Shown here piece after piece: positions 47,775-59,404 of a stretch of DNA of 64,000 nt. The stretch comes from Piromyces finnis finn. Its lineage: Eukaryota; Fungi; Neocallimastigomycota. The first letter of the stretch is position 1; each line of letters starts with the position of its first letter. The stretch is taken from assembly GCA_002104945.1 (NCBI GenBank), contig MCFH01000065.1, forward strand, positions 227,491 to 291,490, written 5' to 3'. A program made the translations under genes and the position numbers. The notes under the pieces were generated by a model. It ran no database searches, was not told the DNA's origin, and was given only the letters and a program-made list of their open reading frames with translations.

Positions 47775-50700
47775 TATAGACATTTTTTCAAGAAAGCTGA
47801 AGAATCAGTTCTTGGAATGAGAGGCTTATATTTAGGTTTTCACAATTCGTGTCAAGCCTCACTTGAAAACTTCTTTGGAAAGTATATTATTTCTATTTAT
47901 GCTTTTAGTCTTTGGAATAGATTCAAATGTTCGATTGGAAATGTTTATATGCCTCATAGTCATCACAACATCTATGTTGATCATGCAAAGTTAGAAGTTC
48001 GCTTGTGGTTACAAACTCATTCATCCCATCCATCGATTCTTGTTAGTGATTTTAATATGTCTAAAGTAAAATTATCCAACTGGTTATCAACTAATGGATT
48101 AGGAGATTGGGAAATTCTTCCGCTTAGAGGGTCTACTATCTCTTGGACTCGAGGTGATCAATCTTCCGACATTGACCATGCTCTTATCAATTCGAAGATG
48201 AAAGATCTTATTTACTCAGGATCATTTATAAATAATTTTTATCCTGTATCAGACCATAAGCCACTTCTCATTAATGGTAAAATTATTCCTATGGAAGATT
48301 TTTCTAATGACTTTAATGTTCCTAAGAAAATTCTGAAATGGAATAGATTAAAATGTATTGAGGAAAAGGAATCTATTCTCAGTCATAATAAATTCCAAAT
48401 ACTTTCAGCAAAATTCAACGATCCTAATGTTTCTACAGATAAACTTTCCAAAGAGTTTACTTCAACTGCTTTTTCAATTGCAGACGAGCTCAGTATTACC
48501 TCAGCAAATAATGTTATAAAGTCTTCATTTCATATTTCACAACAAATTTTTAATCTTCAAAAAATCAAAATGAAGTTGTATAAGAGATTTAAAAAAGAAA
48601 GAATTTATGATATAGATGAATTTATTAAAAGAATTAAAATCTACCGTAAGCTCATTGATTACATACACAAAAGATGTAATGAATTTAGGAAACAAGAATA
48701 TCTTCATTGGATTAAAACAGGATGTGAGTATATGAAGAGTCATAATCCTAAGAAGGCCTGGAAATGGATCAAAAAAACTGCAAAAATTGGAAAAGATTCT
48801 TTCTTTATTGCTCAACCAATTAAAAACAAAAATGGAGAATTAGTTGTTGCTACAGAAGAATAACTTGAAGTGTGACATGATCATTTCGAAAAGCTTGCAT
48901 CAGATCCAAGTGGTGTAAGTCTTGATTTGGATCATTGGTATGAAGAACCAACGAATAAACGTTTTTCACTTCCTATGCTTGATGAATGGGATATCAACCA
49001 AGATATTAGTATTGATGAAGTCAAGTCAGCTATCCTCTCTACTCCAAATTATAAAGCATCAGGTCCGGATGGTATTCCAATTGAATTTTACAAAGCATTA
49101 ATTCCATCAAGTAATGATTCTAATAATGCTACAGATAATAATTCTTCCGGTAATACCACTTCAGATAATGATGCTCATGGGTTAAATTTTATTCTTAAAT
49201 TATTCAACCGTATTTGGGATGGAGACTTCCCCAGCTCTTGGAATGAATCCAGTATTGTTTCTATTCCTAAGAAGGGTGATTTGACAGATTGTGATAACTA
49301 TCGAGGTATATCACTTATCAATAATGGTATTAAGTTGATTTCCAAAATTGTCACCACTAGAATCTCAGAATATGGTCTTAAGAATAATTTCATTAGACCT
49401 GAACAATTTGGTTTTCGAAAAAAGGAAGAAAGTATTAGTCTTTTCATTTCAATCCAAGAAATACGCCGTAGACGTCAATTAGATAATAAAGAGACATATT
49501 TGGCCTTTTTAGATCTCAGGAAAGCATACGATTCAGTCCCAATCGGTAATATTCTCCATAAATTAGATTGTTTAGGAATCCGAGGTAAGAGTTTACAATT
49601 CATCAAAAATTTATATTTAACATCTAAGGCTAATGTCAAATTAGATGGACAATTCTCGAAATCTTTTGATGTGAAGAAAGGAGTCCGTCAAGGTTGCCCA
49701 CTTTCGCCTATTTTTTTTAATCTCTTTATTAATGATATATTTAAAGAGTGCGAAGATCTCGGAGTTAGTTTAGGTGATACTCGATGCTGTGGTGGACTTT
49801 TTGCAGATGATATAGTTATTTGTGCTCCAACAAGAGGATGCTTAAAAAAGATGCTTAGAAGAGTTAATGAATGGGCCTTGTATAATGAAATGGAATTTAG
49901 TATTCAGAAGTGTTCAACGATGGTGATTCGTCCTGAATCAATAGAAAATCAGAACAAGAGAGATCCAACATTTTACTTAGCAGGACAACCCATTCCAACT
50001 ACTGATTGTTATACTTATCTTGGTGTTCCATTTGATAAGAATTTGTCCCTTAAACCAGTTATTAAAATTCTTAATAACAAAGTTTTGAAAGGACTTTTCT
50101 CAGTCAGTAAATTCTTAAGAAATCCTAATATTCCTATTCCCTTCAAAAAGCTAGTACTTATTTTAAAAGTTATTAGCAGAGTTTCATACTTTGCACCATT
50201 ACTTGGATCCAACAAAGCTAGGTCTAAGATTGCTCAGAAGCATGTTAATAAAGGAATACGATGGGTTGCCGGAGTTCATAAAGCTGTATCGTTTATATCT
50301 TTATACTCTATCTCAAAAGATTTGAATATTCCTCCATTGTCAGCCAAATGTGCGTTAGCTCAGGTTAGATGTTTTAACAAATGGAAAAACTCGAATTGTA
50401 TTATCTCACACCTTGTCAATTACATTCCTAAATTTAGAAAATACACGTGGTGCAAATCAAGTAGGACACTTGATAAAAAATTAAAGAAACATGGAGATGT
50501 TAAAGCAGTTAAAAACTTTTATTGGAAAGATTTCTAAGGAAATTCAATCAAAGCACAATATTATGATGATAATAAATTTATTGAAACTAAAGATTTTATT
50601 AAATTATGTTATGAGTACCCAGAGTTTGCCTATGGCTTCTACTGGCTATTGAAAGCAAGAAGCGGATACAAGTTGGATGCTAGAGTTGCCAAAGCTGCTA

Positions 50701-51773
50701 AATTTGTTGATCCAGTTTGTCCTAACTACTGTCCATGTTGCAAGTGTGGTGTTCAAAGTATTAAGCATTGGTTATTAGATTGTCCAACATTTAGAGATAT
50801 CCGTATTAAACATTATGATTCCATAGTCCAGATATTAAATTTTTTCAGTCAACGTAATTCCAACAGTCCTATCAATAATAATGAAAATGTTAATATCAGT
50901 AGAGATAGTAATAATATTAATAATAATAGTAACAATAGTAATAGTAACAATAGTAATAGTAACAATAGTAATAGTATCATTAGTAATAATAACAATAGTA
51001 ATAATAACAACAGTAGTGGTAGAAATAATAATATTAGTAATGATAGCACTAGTGAAAATAATAATTCTAATTTAGATAGTAATTTAGTTAATAATAGTAA
51101 TAGTTTTAATAATCCGGTGAATATTCTAGTGTATGTAATAAAATATTTAAATTCCTTCTTGGGGGAAGAAATTTTAATAATGTCAATTACAATTCAAGGG
51201 AATAGAAAGAACTTTGCAAGTGTCAGATTCAATCTGGTACTAATGAAGGAACACCATTCTTGACGGTAACCGCGGAACTTCTAACCAAAATCATGCCTTT
51301 TGCTATTGGCCAGCAATAGTCAATGTTCAAAAGGTTTGAAGCAACATCCAAGAGCGTCAATGCTGAAGAAACAGTAAGACAGGCCAGGAGGGCCAGCGCA
51401 ACCAATGGAGATCATAATTTTGTAATTTTGTCCCATGAAAAAGTTTTGATCTTTGACTCGGTGTCCCATTGGAAATCAAATACAATTACTATATTTTAGA
51501 TGATCTAGAAAAGGTGCGTAGGTTTTGGAAGGGGAGGATTTCGGGCCCTTCGAAAACACGTTCTTTTTTAGATCTCGTATAACTGAACCTATTTTAGTAT
51601 AATAGAGGTTTTCTTACTTTAATTAAAATTACTAGAATACATTATACCCAATTTTTATTCATTTATGTTTATTTTTATTTTTAATTTTGTTTTTTTATAA
51701 CATGCATTATAATTTTAATTAAATTAAAATAAAGTTTAAAAATATTTGATGCGGTTAAAAAAAAAAAAAAAAA
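47775..51773 (+). mobile_element. 5'-truncated, mutated copy of the APE-type LINE with poly(A) tail
   Basis: Near identical to the reverse complement of 54107-57940. In-frame stops (e.g. about 48861, 50535) and a frameshift. A-run at 51757-51773. Confidence 0.95.
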
Positions 51774-52543
51774 GCTTATATAGTTGGTTGTTAATTAAGT
51801 TTGTACTTATTCTTTTTGTTTTCTTATTCCTTCATGTTTTATATTTTATTATATTTATTCTTTATTAAAAGGTTTTTTTATTAGAATGTTATTAACTACT
51901 TAATAGTCAATAACGATTACAATTTTTTAAATTTATATGAAATTTCAAACTATTTTTATTTTTTAAAATTACATTATAATATATTGATATAACTAGGTTC
52001 AATACAATTTTATTTTTAAGGGTTTTTGTGATTAACTACTTTATTATTAATTAAATTAAGACGTGTTTTTAATAATATTTACTAAATATTTAAGATTTTT
52101 TTTTAGACTTTATATATCCTCATCTAACCCCCTGAGTTATATATGGTATGTGATTGTACATTGTCATATCAGTACGACGTCGGCACAATTACCCTTCTGG
52201 GCAGGGTTAATATGGAATGGCTTATTGCTCTTAATGATCTTTCCCCACAAGACCGAGTTATCAACATCAGTGATCTCCTTGAACCTTTATTAGCGGAGGT
52301 TGATTAACAATGAGAACAACCCTCAAAGAACATAGTTAGTGACCTGTGAATTATTTGATACCCTTTCCTATGAATATTCTAAACTTCAGAGGAAAAACTG
52401 TTTGTTACGGAGAAAACTACCATACTGAATTAATTGCTTAGGGTAGAGTCTAGTGGTATAATTGTACTTATTTGAATTGGGGTTTGGCCTTTAAACCCTA
52501 TTTTTTAGCGCAAACCTGAAACAGGAAAATCGCTAAAGAACTG

Positions 52544-52617
52544 TCAATGACGGGGTTCGAACCAGAAGCCTTATAAATGCTAAGCGAGGTTTTAACAACC
52601 AATATAGAAACTGGAAC
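52544..52617 (-). pseudogene. Degenerate tRNA-Ala(AGC)-like relic
   Basis: CCTCGCTTAGCAT anticodon-arm-like segment and GGTTCGAACCCC T-loop in the right order; acceptor stem not intact. Confidence 0.3.
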
Positions 52618-52729
52618 GACTTTAATTTGATACATGATAAAATTATATAGTTAATAACTGATTAAGCTATTAAATAATTCCTAACCCTTAATTCAACTAT
52701 ATAAGTTTAATATTTTTAACTATATAATT

Positions 52730-54046
52730 AGAGAAGTTTTCAAGTGAGGCTTGACACGAATTGTGAAAACCTAAATATAAGCCTCTCATTCCAGGAACTG
52801 ATTCATCAGCTTTCTTGAAAAAGTGTCTATAGTTTCGTAAAGTAACACAACAAGGATACTCTGTATTCGATCCAGAACCATTACCAGTTTTTTGGAAACA
52901 TAAAAATAATGGTTTGAAAATAGCTGTGAAATAGCTAATACTAACTCTTCGTGATTCCACCTATTGCTGTTCCAACTAAGATAAAAAGAAAAGTTATCAG
53001 GCTTGTTGGATGAGAAAGAATCGTTGCTATTATTATTATTATTATTAAAGTTATCATTATTAATGGATGATGCATCAGAGGAATAAGTAGAACTATTGCT
53101 AGATGGCTGTAAAACTGAAGAACTATCAACTATTGAACTGTTATCAGAATTGATAAAACTATTAGAATTAATTGTTGAATGTTGAGATTGAAATTGTGTT
53201 TGTTGTAGATCTGGAATATTTTCATGATGGGAAACTTGTTGAAGATCTTGTTGAAGATCGGATTGTTGATGAGATTGTTGAACTGATTGATGAAATGATT
53301 ATTGAATTGATTGTTGATGTTTATTAGAAACTAAAATTTTACGTTTGAGTGTGGAAAAAGTGTATTTGTGATTCCTTCTACTACGAGCTGAAAAGGAAAT
53401 TGAGGTAACTGAAAGTTTCTTCTTTAACATGTGTAAGATTTTAATACAATCTTTCGATGAACCATGAACCTTGACTATGAAAAAGTGATCATTGATAGTC
53501 TGAAAATATTTAACACTAATAACTGAATTAAATTTATCTTCTATAATAACCTCGAGTTTTTCCCATAGCATATTAACTGACAATGATTGAATACCACGGA
53601 TAAAGAAGGAGCTAATATCATCTAAGGGGATACCATAAGAATGGGTACCACGTCTGATATAATTCTTATCTTTAATATAAAGGACTGACATGATAATTAA
53701 TTCTAATTAAAAATATTGAATATAAAATAAATACTAATAAAAAATTATAAATATAATGTATATGGAAAAAAACCTGTCTCTCTCTTCTTAAAAGTACTGG
53801 ATAGTACAAAAATTGTTACGATGCTTTGTTTAAAGTTTCTTTTTTTTGAATTCTAGTTGTAAATTTTCTTTAAAAATTCTGGTTTTGGTTTGTTGTTAGT
53901 AAATTCGATTCGCTTTTTGACACTAAAATTGTTTGACTTTACTTTTTATTAAATATTTAAATTGGTAAAAAATTTGAATCAAAGAATGTCGACACCAGAA
54001 AGCTTGTGAATAGTATTTTTACATGATGTAGAGTGAATCAGTCTCT
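52730..54046 (-). mobile_element. 3'-truncated LINE copy (5' UTR plus N-terminal ORF, with stops)
   Basis: Homologous to 57850-59170 and has the same 5' terminus (AGAGACTGA). Confidence 0.93.
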
Positions 54047-54106
54047 AAATTGTTTGACTTTACTTTTTATTAAATATTTAAATTGGTAAAAAATTTGAAT
54101 CATGAA

Positions 54107-57100
54107 TTTTTTTTTTTTTTTTTTTTAACAGCATCAAATATTTTAAACTTTATTATTAATTTAATTAAAATTATAATACATGTAATAAAAAAATTAAATA
54201 TAAAAAAAATATGTTTAAATAAACACAAATGAATAAAAATTGGGTATAATGTATTCTAGTAATTTTAATTAAAGTAAGAAAGCCACTATCATACTAAAGT
54301 ATAATAATTGTATTTGACTTCCAATGGGACACCGAGCCAAAGATCAAAATTTTATCATGGGACAAAATTATGATCTCCATTGGTTGCGCTGGCCCTCCTG
54401 GCCTGTCTTACTGTTTCTTCAGCATTGACGCTCTTGGATGTTGCTTCAAACCTTTTGAACATTGACCATTGCTGGCCAATAGCAAAAGGCATGATTTTGG
54501 TTAGAAGTTCCGCGGTTACCGTCAAGAATGGTGTTCCTTCGTTAGTACCAGATTGAATCTGACGCTTACAAAGTTCTTTCCATTCCCTTGAATTGTAATT
54601 AATATTGTTAAAACTTCTTCCCCCAAGAAGGAATTTAAATATTTTACTGCACACACTATAATAATCATACACATTAATATTCACCGGATTATTAGAACTA
54701 TTACTATCATTAACTAAATTACTATCTAAATTAGAATTATTATTTTCACTATTGTTATCATTACTAATATTATTATTTCTATTACTACTATTGTTACTAT
54801 TACTATTAATGTTATTGCTATCTCTACTGATATTAACATTTTCATTATTATTGATAGGACTATTGGAATTACGTTGACTGAAAAAATTTAGTAGCTGGAC
54901 TATGGAATCATAATGTTTAATACGGATATCTCTAAATGTTGGACAATCTAATAACCAATGTTTAATACTTTGAACACCACACTTGCAACATGGACAGTAG
55001 TTAGGACAAACTGGATCAACAAATTTAGCAGCTTTGACAACTCTAGCATCCAACTTGTATCCGCTTCTTGCTTTCAATAGCCAGTAGAAGCCATAGGCAA
55101 ACTCTGGGTACTCATAACATAATTTAATAAAATCTTTAGTTTCAATAAACTTATTATCATCATAATATTGCGCTTTGATTGAATTCCCTTTGAGATCTTT
55201 CCAATAAAAGTTTTTAACTGCTTTAACATCTCCATGTTTCTTTAGTTTTTTATCAAGTGTCCTACTTGATTTGCACCACGTGTATTTTCTAAATTTAGGA
55301 ATGTAATTGACAAGGTGTGAGATAATACAATTCGAGTTTTTCCATTTGTTAAAACATCTAACCTGAGCTAACGCACATTTGGCTGACAATGGAGGAATAT
55401 TCAAATCTTTTGAGATAGAGTATAGAGATATAAATGATACCGCTTTATGAACTCCGGCAACCCATCGTATTCCTTTGTTAACATGCTTCTGAGCAATCCT
55501 AGACCTAGCTTTGTTGGATCCAAGTAATGGTGCAAAGTATGAAACTCTGCTAATCACTTGTGAGTTAAGTACTAGCTTTTTGAAGGGAATAGGAATATTA
55601 GGATTTCTTAAGAATTTACTGACTGAGAAAAGTCCTTTCAAAACCTTGTTATTAAGAGCTTTAATTACTGGTTTAAGGGACAAATTCTTATCAAATGGAA
55701 CACCAAGATAAGTATAACAATCAGTAGTTGGAATGGGTTGTCCTGCTAAGTAAAATGTTGGATATCTCTTGTTCTGATTTTCTATTGATTCAGGACGAAT
55801 CACCATCGTTGAACACTTCTGGATACCAAATTCCATTTCATTATACAATGCCCATTCATTAACTCTTCTAAGCATCTTTTTTAAGCATCCTCTTGTTGGA
55901 GCACAAATAACTATATCATCTGCAAAAAGTCCACCACAGCATCGAGTGTCATCTAGACTGACTCCTAGATCTTCGCACTCTCTAAATATATCATTAATAA
56001 AGAGATTAAAGAGAATAGGAGAAAGAGGGCATCCTTGACGGACTCCTTTCTTCACATCAAAAGATTTCGAGAATTGTCCATCTAATTTGACATTAGCCTT
56101 AGATGTTAAATATAAATTTTTGATAAATTGTAAACTCTTACCTCGGATTCCTAAACAATCTAATTTATGGAGAATATTACCGATTGGGACTGAATCGTAT
56201 GCTTTCCTGAGATCTAAAAAGGCCAAATATGTCTCTTTATTATCTAATTGACGTCTACGGCATATTTCTTGGATTGAAATGAAAAGACTGATACTTTCTT
56301 CCTTTTTTCGAAAACCAAATTGTTCAGGTCTAATGAAATTATTCTTTAGACCATATTCTGAGATTCTAGTGGTGACAATTTTGGAAATCAACTTAATGCC
56401 ATTATTGATAAGTGATATACCTCGATAGTTATCACAATCTGTCAAATCACCCTTCTTAGGAATAGAAACAATACTGGATTCATTCCATGAGTTGGGGAAG
56501 TCTCCATCCCAAATACGGTTAAATAATTTAAGAATAAAATTTAAACCATGAGCATCATTATCTGAAGTGGTATTACCGGAAGAATTATTATCTGTAGCAT
56601 TATTAGAATCATTACTTGATGGAATTAATGCTTTGTAAAATTCAATTGGAATACCATCCGGACCTGATGCTTTATAATTCGGAGTAGAGAGGATAGCTGA
56701 CTTGACTTCATCAATACTAATATCTTGGTTGATATCCCACTCATCAAGCATAGGAAGTGAAAAACGTTTATTCATTGGTTCTTCATACCAATGCTCCAAA
56801 TCAAGACTTATACCACTTGGATCTGATGCAAGGTTTTCGAAATGATCATGCCACACTTCTAGTTGTTCTTCTGTAGCAACAACTAATTCTCCATTTTTAT
56901 TTTTAATTGGTTGAGCAATAAAGAAAGAATCTTTTCCAATTTTTGCAGTTTTCTTGATCCATTTCCAGGCCTTCTTAGGATTATGACTCTTCATATACTC
57001 ACATCCTGTTTTAATCCAATGAAGATATTCTTGCTTCCTAAATTCATTACATCTTTTGTGGATGTAATCAATGAGCTTACGGTAGATTTTAATTCTTTTA

Positions 57101-59170
57101 ATAAATTCATCTATATCATAAATTCTTTCTTTTTTAAATCTCTTATACAACTTCATTTTGATTTTTTGAAGATTAAAAATTTGTTGTGAAATATGAAATG
57201 AAGACTTTATAACATTATTTGCTGAGGTAATACTGAGCTCGTCTGCAATTGAAAAAGCAGTTGAAGTAAACTCTTTGGAAAGTTTATCTGTAGAAACATT
57301 AGGATCGTTGAATTTTGCTGAAAGTATTTGGAATTTATTATGACTGAGAATAGATTCCTTTTCCTCAATACATTTTAATCTATTCCATTTCAGAATTTTC
57401 TTAGGAACATTAAAGTCATTAGAAAAATCTTCCATAGGAATAATTTTACCATTAATGAGAAGTGGCTTATGGTCTGATACAGGATAAAAATTATTTATAA
57501 ATGATCCTGAGTAAATAAGATCTTTCATCTTCGAATTGATAAGAGCATGGTCAATGTCGGAAGATTGATCACCTCGAGTCCAAGAGATAGTAGACCCTCT
57601 AAGCGGAAGAATTTCCCAATCTCCTAATCCATTAGTTGATAACCAGTTGGATAATTTTACTTTAGACATATTAAAATCACCAACAAGAATCGATGGATGG
57701 GATGAATGAGTTTGTAACCACAAGCGAACTTCTAACTTTGCATGATCAACATAGATGTTGTGATGACTATGAGGCATATAAACATTACCAATCGAGCATT
57801 TGAATCTATTCCAGAGACTAAAAGTATAAATAGAAATAATATACTTTCCAGAGAAGTTTTCAAGTGAGGCTTGACATGAATTGTGAAAACCTAAATATAA
57901 ACCTCTCATTCCCGGAACTGATTCGTCAGCTTTCTTGAAAAAGTGTCTATAGTTTCGCAAAGTAACACGACAAGGATAATCTGTATTCGAACCAGAACCA
58001 TTACCAGTTTCTTGGAAACATAAGAATAATGGTTTGAAAATAGCTGTGAAATAGCTAATACTATCTCTCTTTTCATGATTCCACCCATTGGTGTTCCAAC
58101 TAAGACAAAAAGAAAAGTTATCAGGCTTGTTGGATGAGGAAGAATCGTTGCTATTATTATTATTATTAAAGTCATCGTTATTAATGGATGATGCATCAGA
58201 GGAATAAGTAGAACTATTACTAGATGGCTGTGAAACTGAAGAACTATCAACTATTGAACTGTTATCAGAGTTGATAGAACTATTAGAATTAATTGTTGAA
58301 TGTTGAGATTGAAATTGTGTTTGTTGTAGATCTGGAATATTTTCATGATGGGAAACTTGTTGAAGATCTTGTTGAAGATCGGATTGTTGATGAGATTTTT
58401 GAACTGATTGTTGAAATGATTGTTGAATAGAATGTTGATGTTTATTAGAAACTAAAATTTTACGTTTGAGAGTGGAAAAAGTGTATTTGTGATTCCTTCT
58501 ACTACGAGCTGAAAAGGAAATTGAGGTAACTGAAAGTTTCTTCTTTAACATGTGTAAGATTTTAACACAATCTTTTGTTGAACCATGAACCTTGACTAAG
58601 AAAAAGTGATCATTGAAAGTCTGAAAATATTTAACACTAATAACTGAATTAAATTTATCTTCTAGAATAACCTCGAGTTTTTCCCATAGCATATTTACTG
58701 ACCATGATCGAATACCACGGATAAAGAAGGAGCGAATATCATCTAAGGGGATACCATAAGACCGGGTACCACGTCTGATATAATTCTTATCTTTAATATA
58801 AAGGACTGACATGATAATAAATTCTAATTAAAAAATATTGAATATAAAATAAATACTAATAAAAATTACAAATATAACGTATATGGAAAAAAATTTGTCT
58901 CTCTCTCTCTTCTTAAAAGTACTGGATAGTACAAAAATTGTTACGATGCTTTGTTTAAAGTTTCTTTTTTTTGAATTCTAGTTGTAAATTTTCTTTAAAA
59001 ATTCTAATTTTGGTTTGTTGTTAGTAAATTCGATTCGCTTTTTGACACTAAACTTGTTTGACTTTACTTTTCATTAAATATTTAAATTGGTAAAAAATTT
59101 GAATCAAGAATGTCGACACCAGAAAGCTTGTGAATAGTATTTTTACATGATGTAGAGTGAATCAGTCTCT
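54107..59170 (-). mobile_element. Full-length non-LTR retrotransposon (APE-type, single ORF)
   Basis: 5' UTR 58813-59170, intact 1485-codon ORF, 3' UTR, poly(A) at 54107-54126. Confidence 0.95.
54355..58812 (-). CDS. LINE polyprotein: N-terminal RRM-like domain, APE endonuclease, RT, CCHC-type zinc finger
   Basis: APE motifs SWNTNG, FQETG, GNVYMP, GDFN, DIDH and SDHKPL. RT motifs SGPDGIP, YRGISL, QFGFR, FLDLRKAYDSV, GVRQGCPLSPILF and LFADD. Zinc finger CPCC...HWLLDC. Confidence 0.96.
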   Translation of the reverse strand: MSVLYIKDKNYIRRGTRSYGIPLDDIRSFFIRGIRSWSVNMLWEKLEVILEDKFNSVISVKYFQTFNDHFFLVKVHGSTKDCVKILHMLKKKLSVTSISFSARSRRNHKYTFSTLKRKILVSNKHQHSIQQSFQQSVQKSHQQSDLQQDLQQVSHHENIPDLQQTQFQSQHSTINSNSSINSDNSSIVDSSSVSQPSSNSSTYSSDASSINNDDFNNNNNSNDSSSSNKPDNFSFCLSWNTNGWNHEKRDSISYFTAIFKPLFLCFQETGNGSGSNTDYPCRVTLRNYRHFFKKADESVPGMRGLYLGFHNSCQASLENFSGKYIISIYTFSLWNRFKCSIGNVYMPHSHHNIYVDHAKLEVRLWLQTHSSHPSILVGDFNMSKVKLSNWLSTNGLGDWEILPLRGSTISWTRGDQSSDIDHALINSKMKDLIYSGSFINNFYPVSDHKPLLINGKIIPMEDFSNDFNVPKKILKWNRLKCIEEKESILSHNKFQILSAKFNDPNVSTDKLSKEFTSTAFSIADELSITSANNVIKSSFHISQQIFNLQKIKMKLYKRFKKERIYDIDEFIKRIKIYRKLIDYIHKRCNEFRKQEYLHWIKTGCEYMKSHNPKKAWKWIKKTAKIGKDSFFIAQPIKNKNGELVVATEEQLEVWHDHFENLASDPSGISLDLEHWYEEPMNKRFSLPMLDEWDINQDISIDEVKSAILSTPNYKASGPDGIPIEFYKALIPSSNDSNNATDNNSSGNTTSDNDAHGLNFILKLFNRIWDGDFPNSWNESSIVSIPKKGDLTDCDNYRGISLINNGIKLISKIVTTRISEYGLKNNFIRPEQFGFRKKEESISLFISIQEICRRRQLDNKETYLAFLDLRKAYDSVPIGNILHKLDCLGIRGKSLQFIKNLYLTSKANVKLDGQFSKSFDVKKGVRQGCPLSPILFNLFINDIFRECEDLGVSLDDTRCCGGLFADDIVICAPTRGCLKKMLRRVNEWALYNEMEFGIQKCSTMVIRPESIENQNKRYPTFYLAGQPIPTTDCYTYLGVPFDKNLSLKPVIKALNNKVLKGLFSVSKFLRNPNIPIPFKKLVLNSQVISRVSYFAPLLGSNKARSRIAQKHVNKGIRWVAGVHKAVSFISLYSISKDLNIPPLSAKCALAQVRCFNKWKNSNCIISHLVNYIPKFRKYTWCKSSRTLDKKLKKHGDVKAVKNFYWKDLKGNSIKAQYYDDNKFIETKDFIKLCYEYPEFAYGFYWLLKARSGYKLDARVVKAAKFVDPVCPNYCPCCKCGVQSIKHWLLDCPTFRDIRIKHYDSIVQLLNFFSQRNSNSPINNNENVNISRDSNNINSNSNNSSNRNNNISNDNNSENNNSNLDSNLVNDSNSSNNPVNINVYDYYSVCSKIFKFLLGGRSFNNINYNSREWKELCKRQIQSGTNEGTPFLTVTAELLTKIMPFAIGQQWSMFKRFEATSKSVNAEETVRQARRASATNGDHNFVP

Positions 59171-59404
59171 TACAAGAAACAATACAACAATAGCTACATG
59201 AATATAAAAATACAATGCAAATGCTAAAGTTGACTACATTGGATTCTTACAAGAGAAGAGTAGTACTACATGAATACATGAATAAAAGAAAAAAATACAG
59301 CAACAAAATGTATTACTCTTCTAATTAAATACTATACAAACTTACCAGAAAAATCAAACATTCACTTATTCATCAAATACTTAAATTCGATGAATAAAAT
59401 GTTT

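Noticed and set aside
58990-59170. HDV-like ribozyme at the LINE 5' end
   Set aside because: A GCGAAU motif is present, but I could not build P1-P3 and the pseudoknot by eye.
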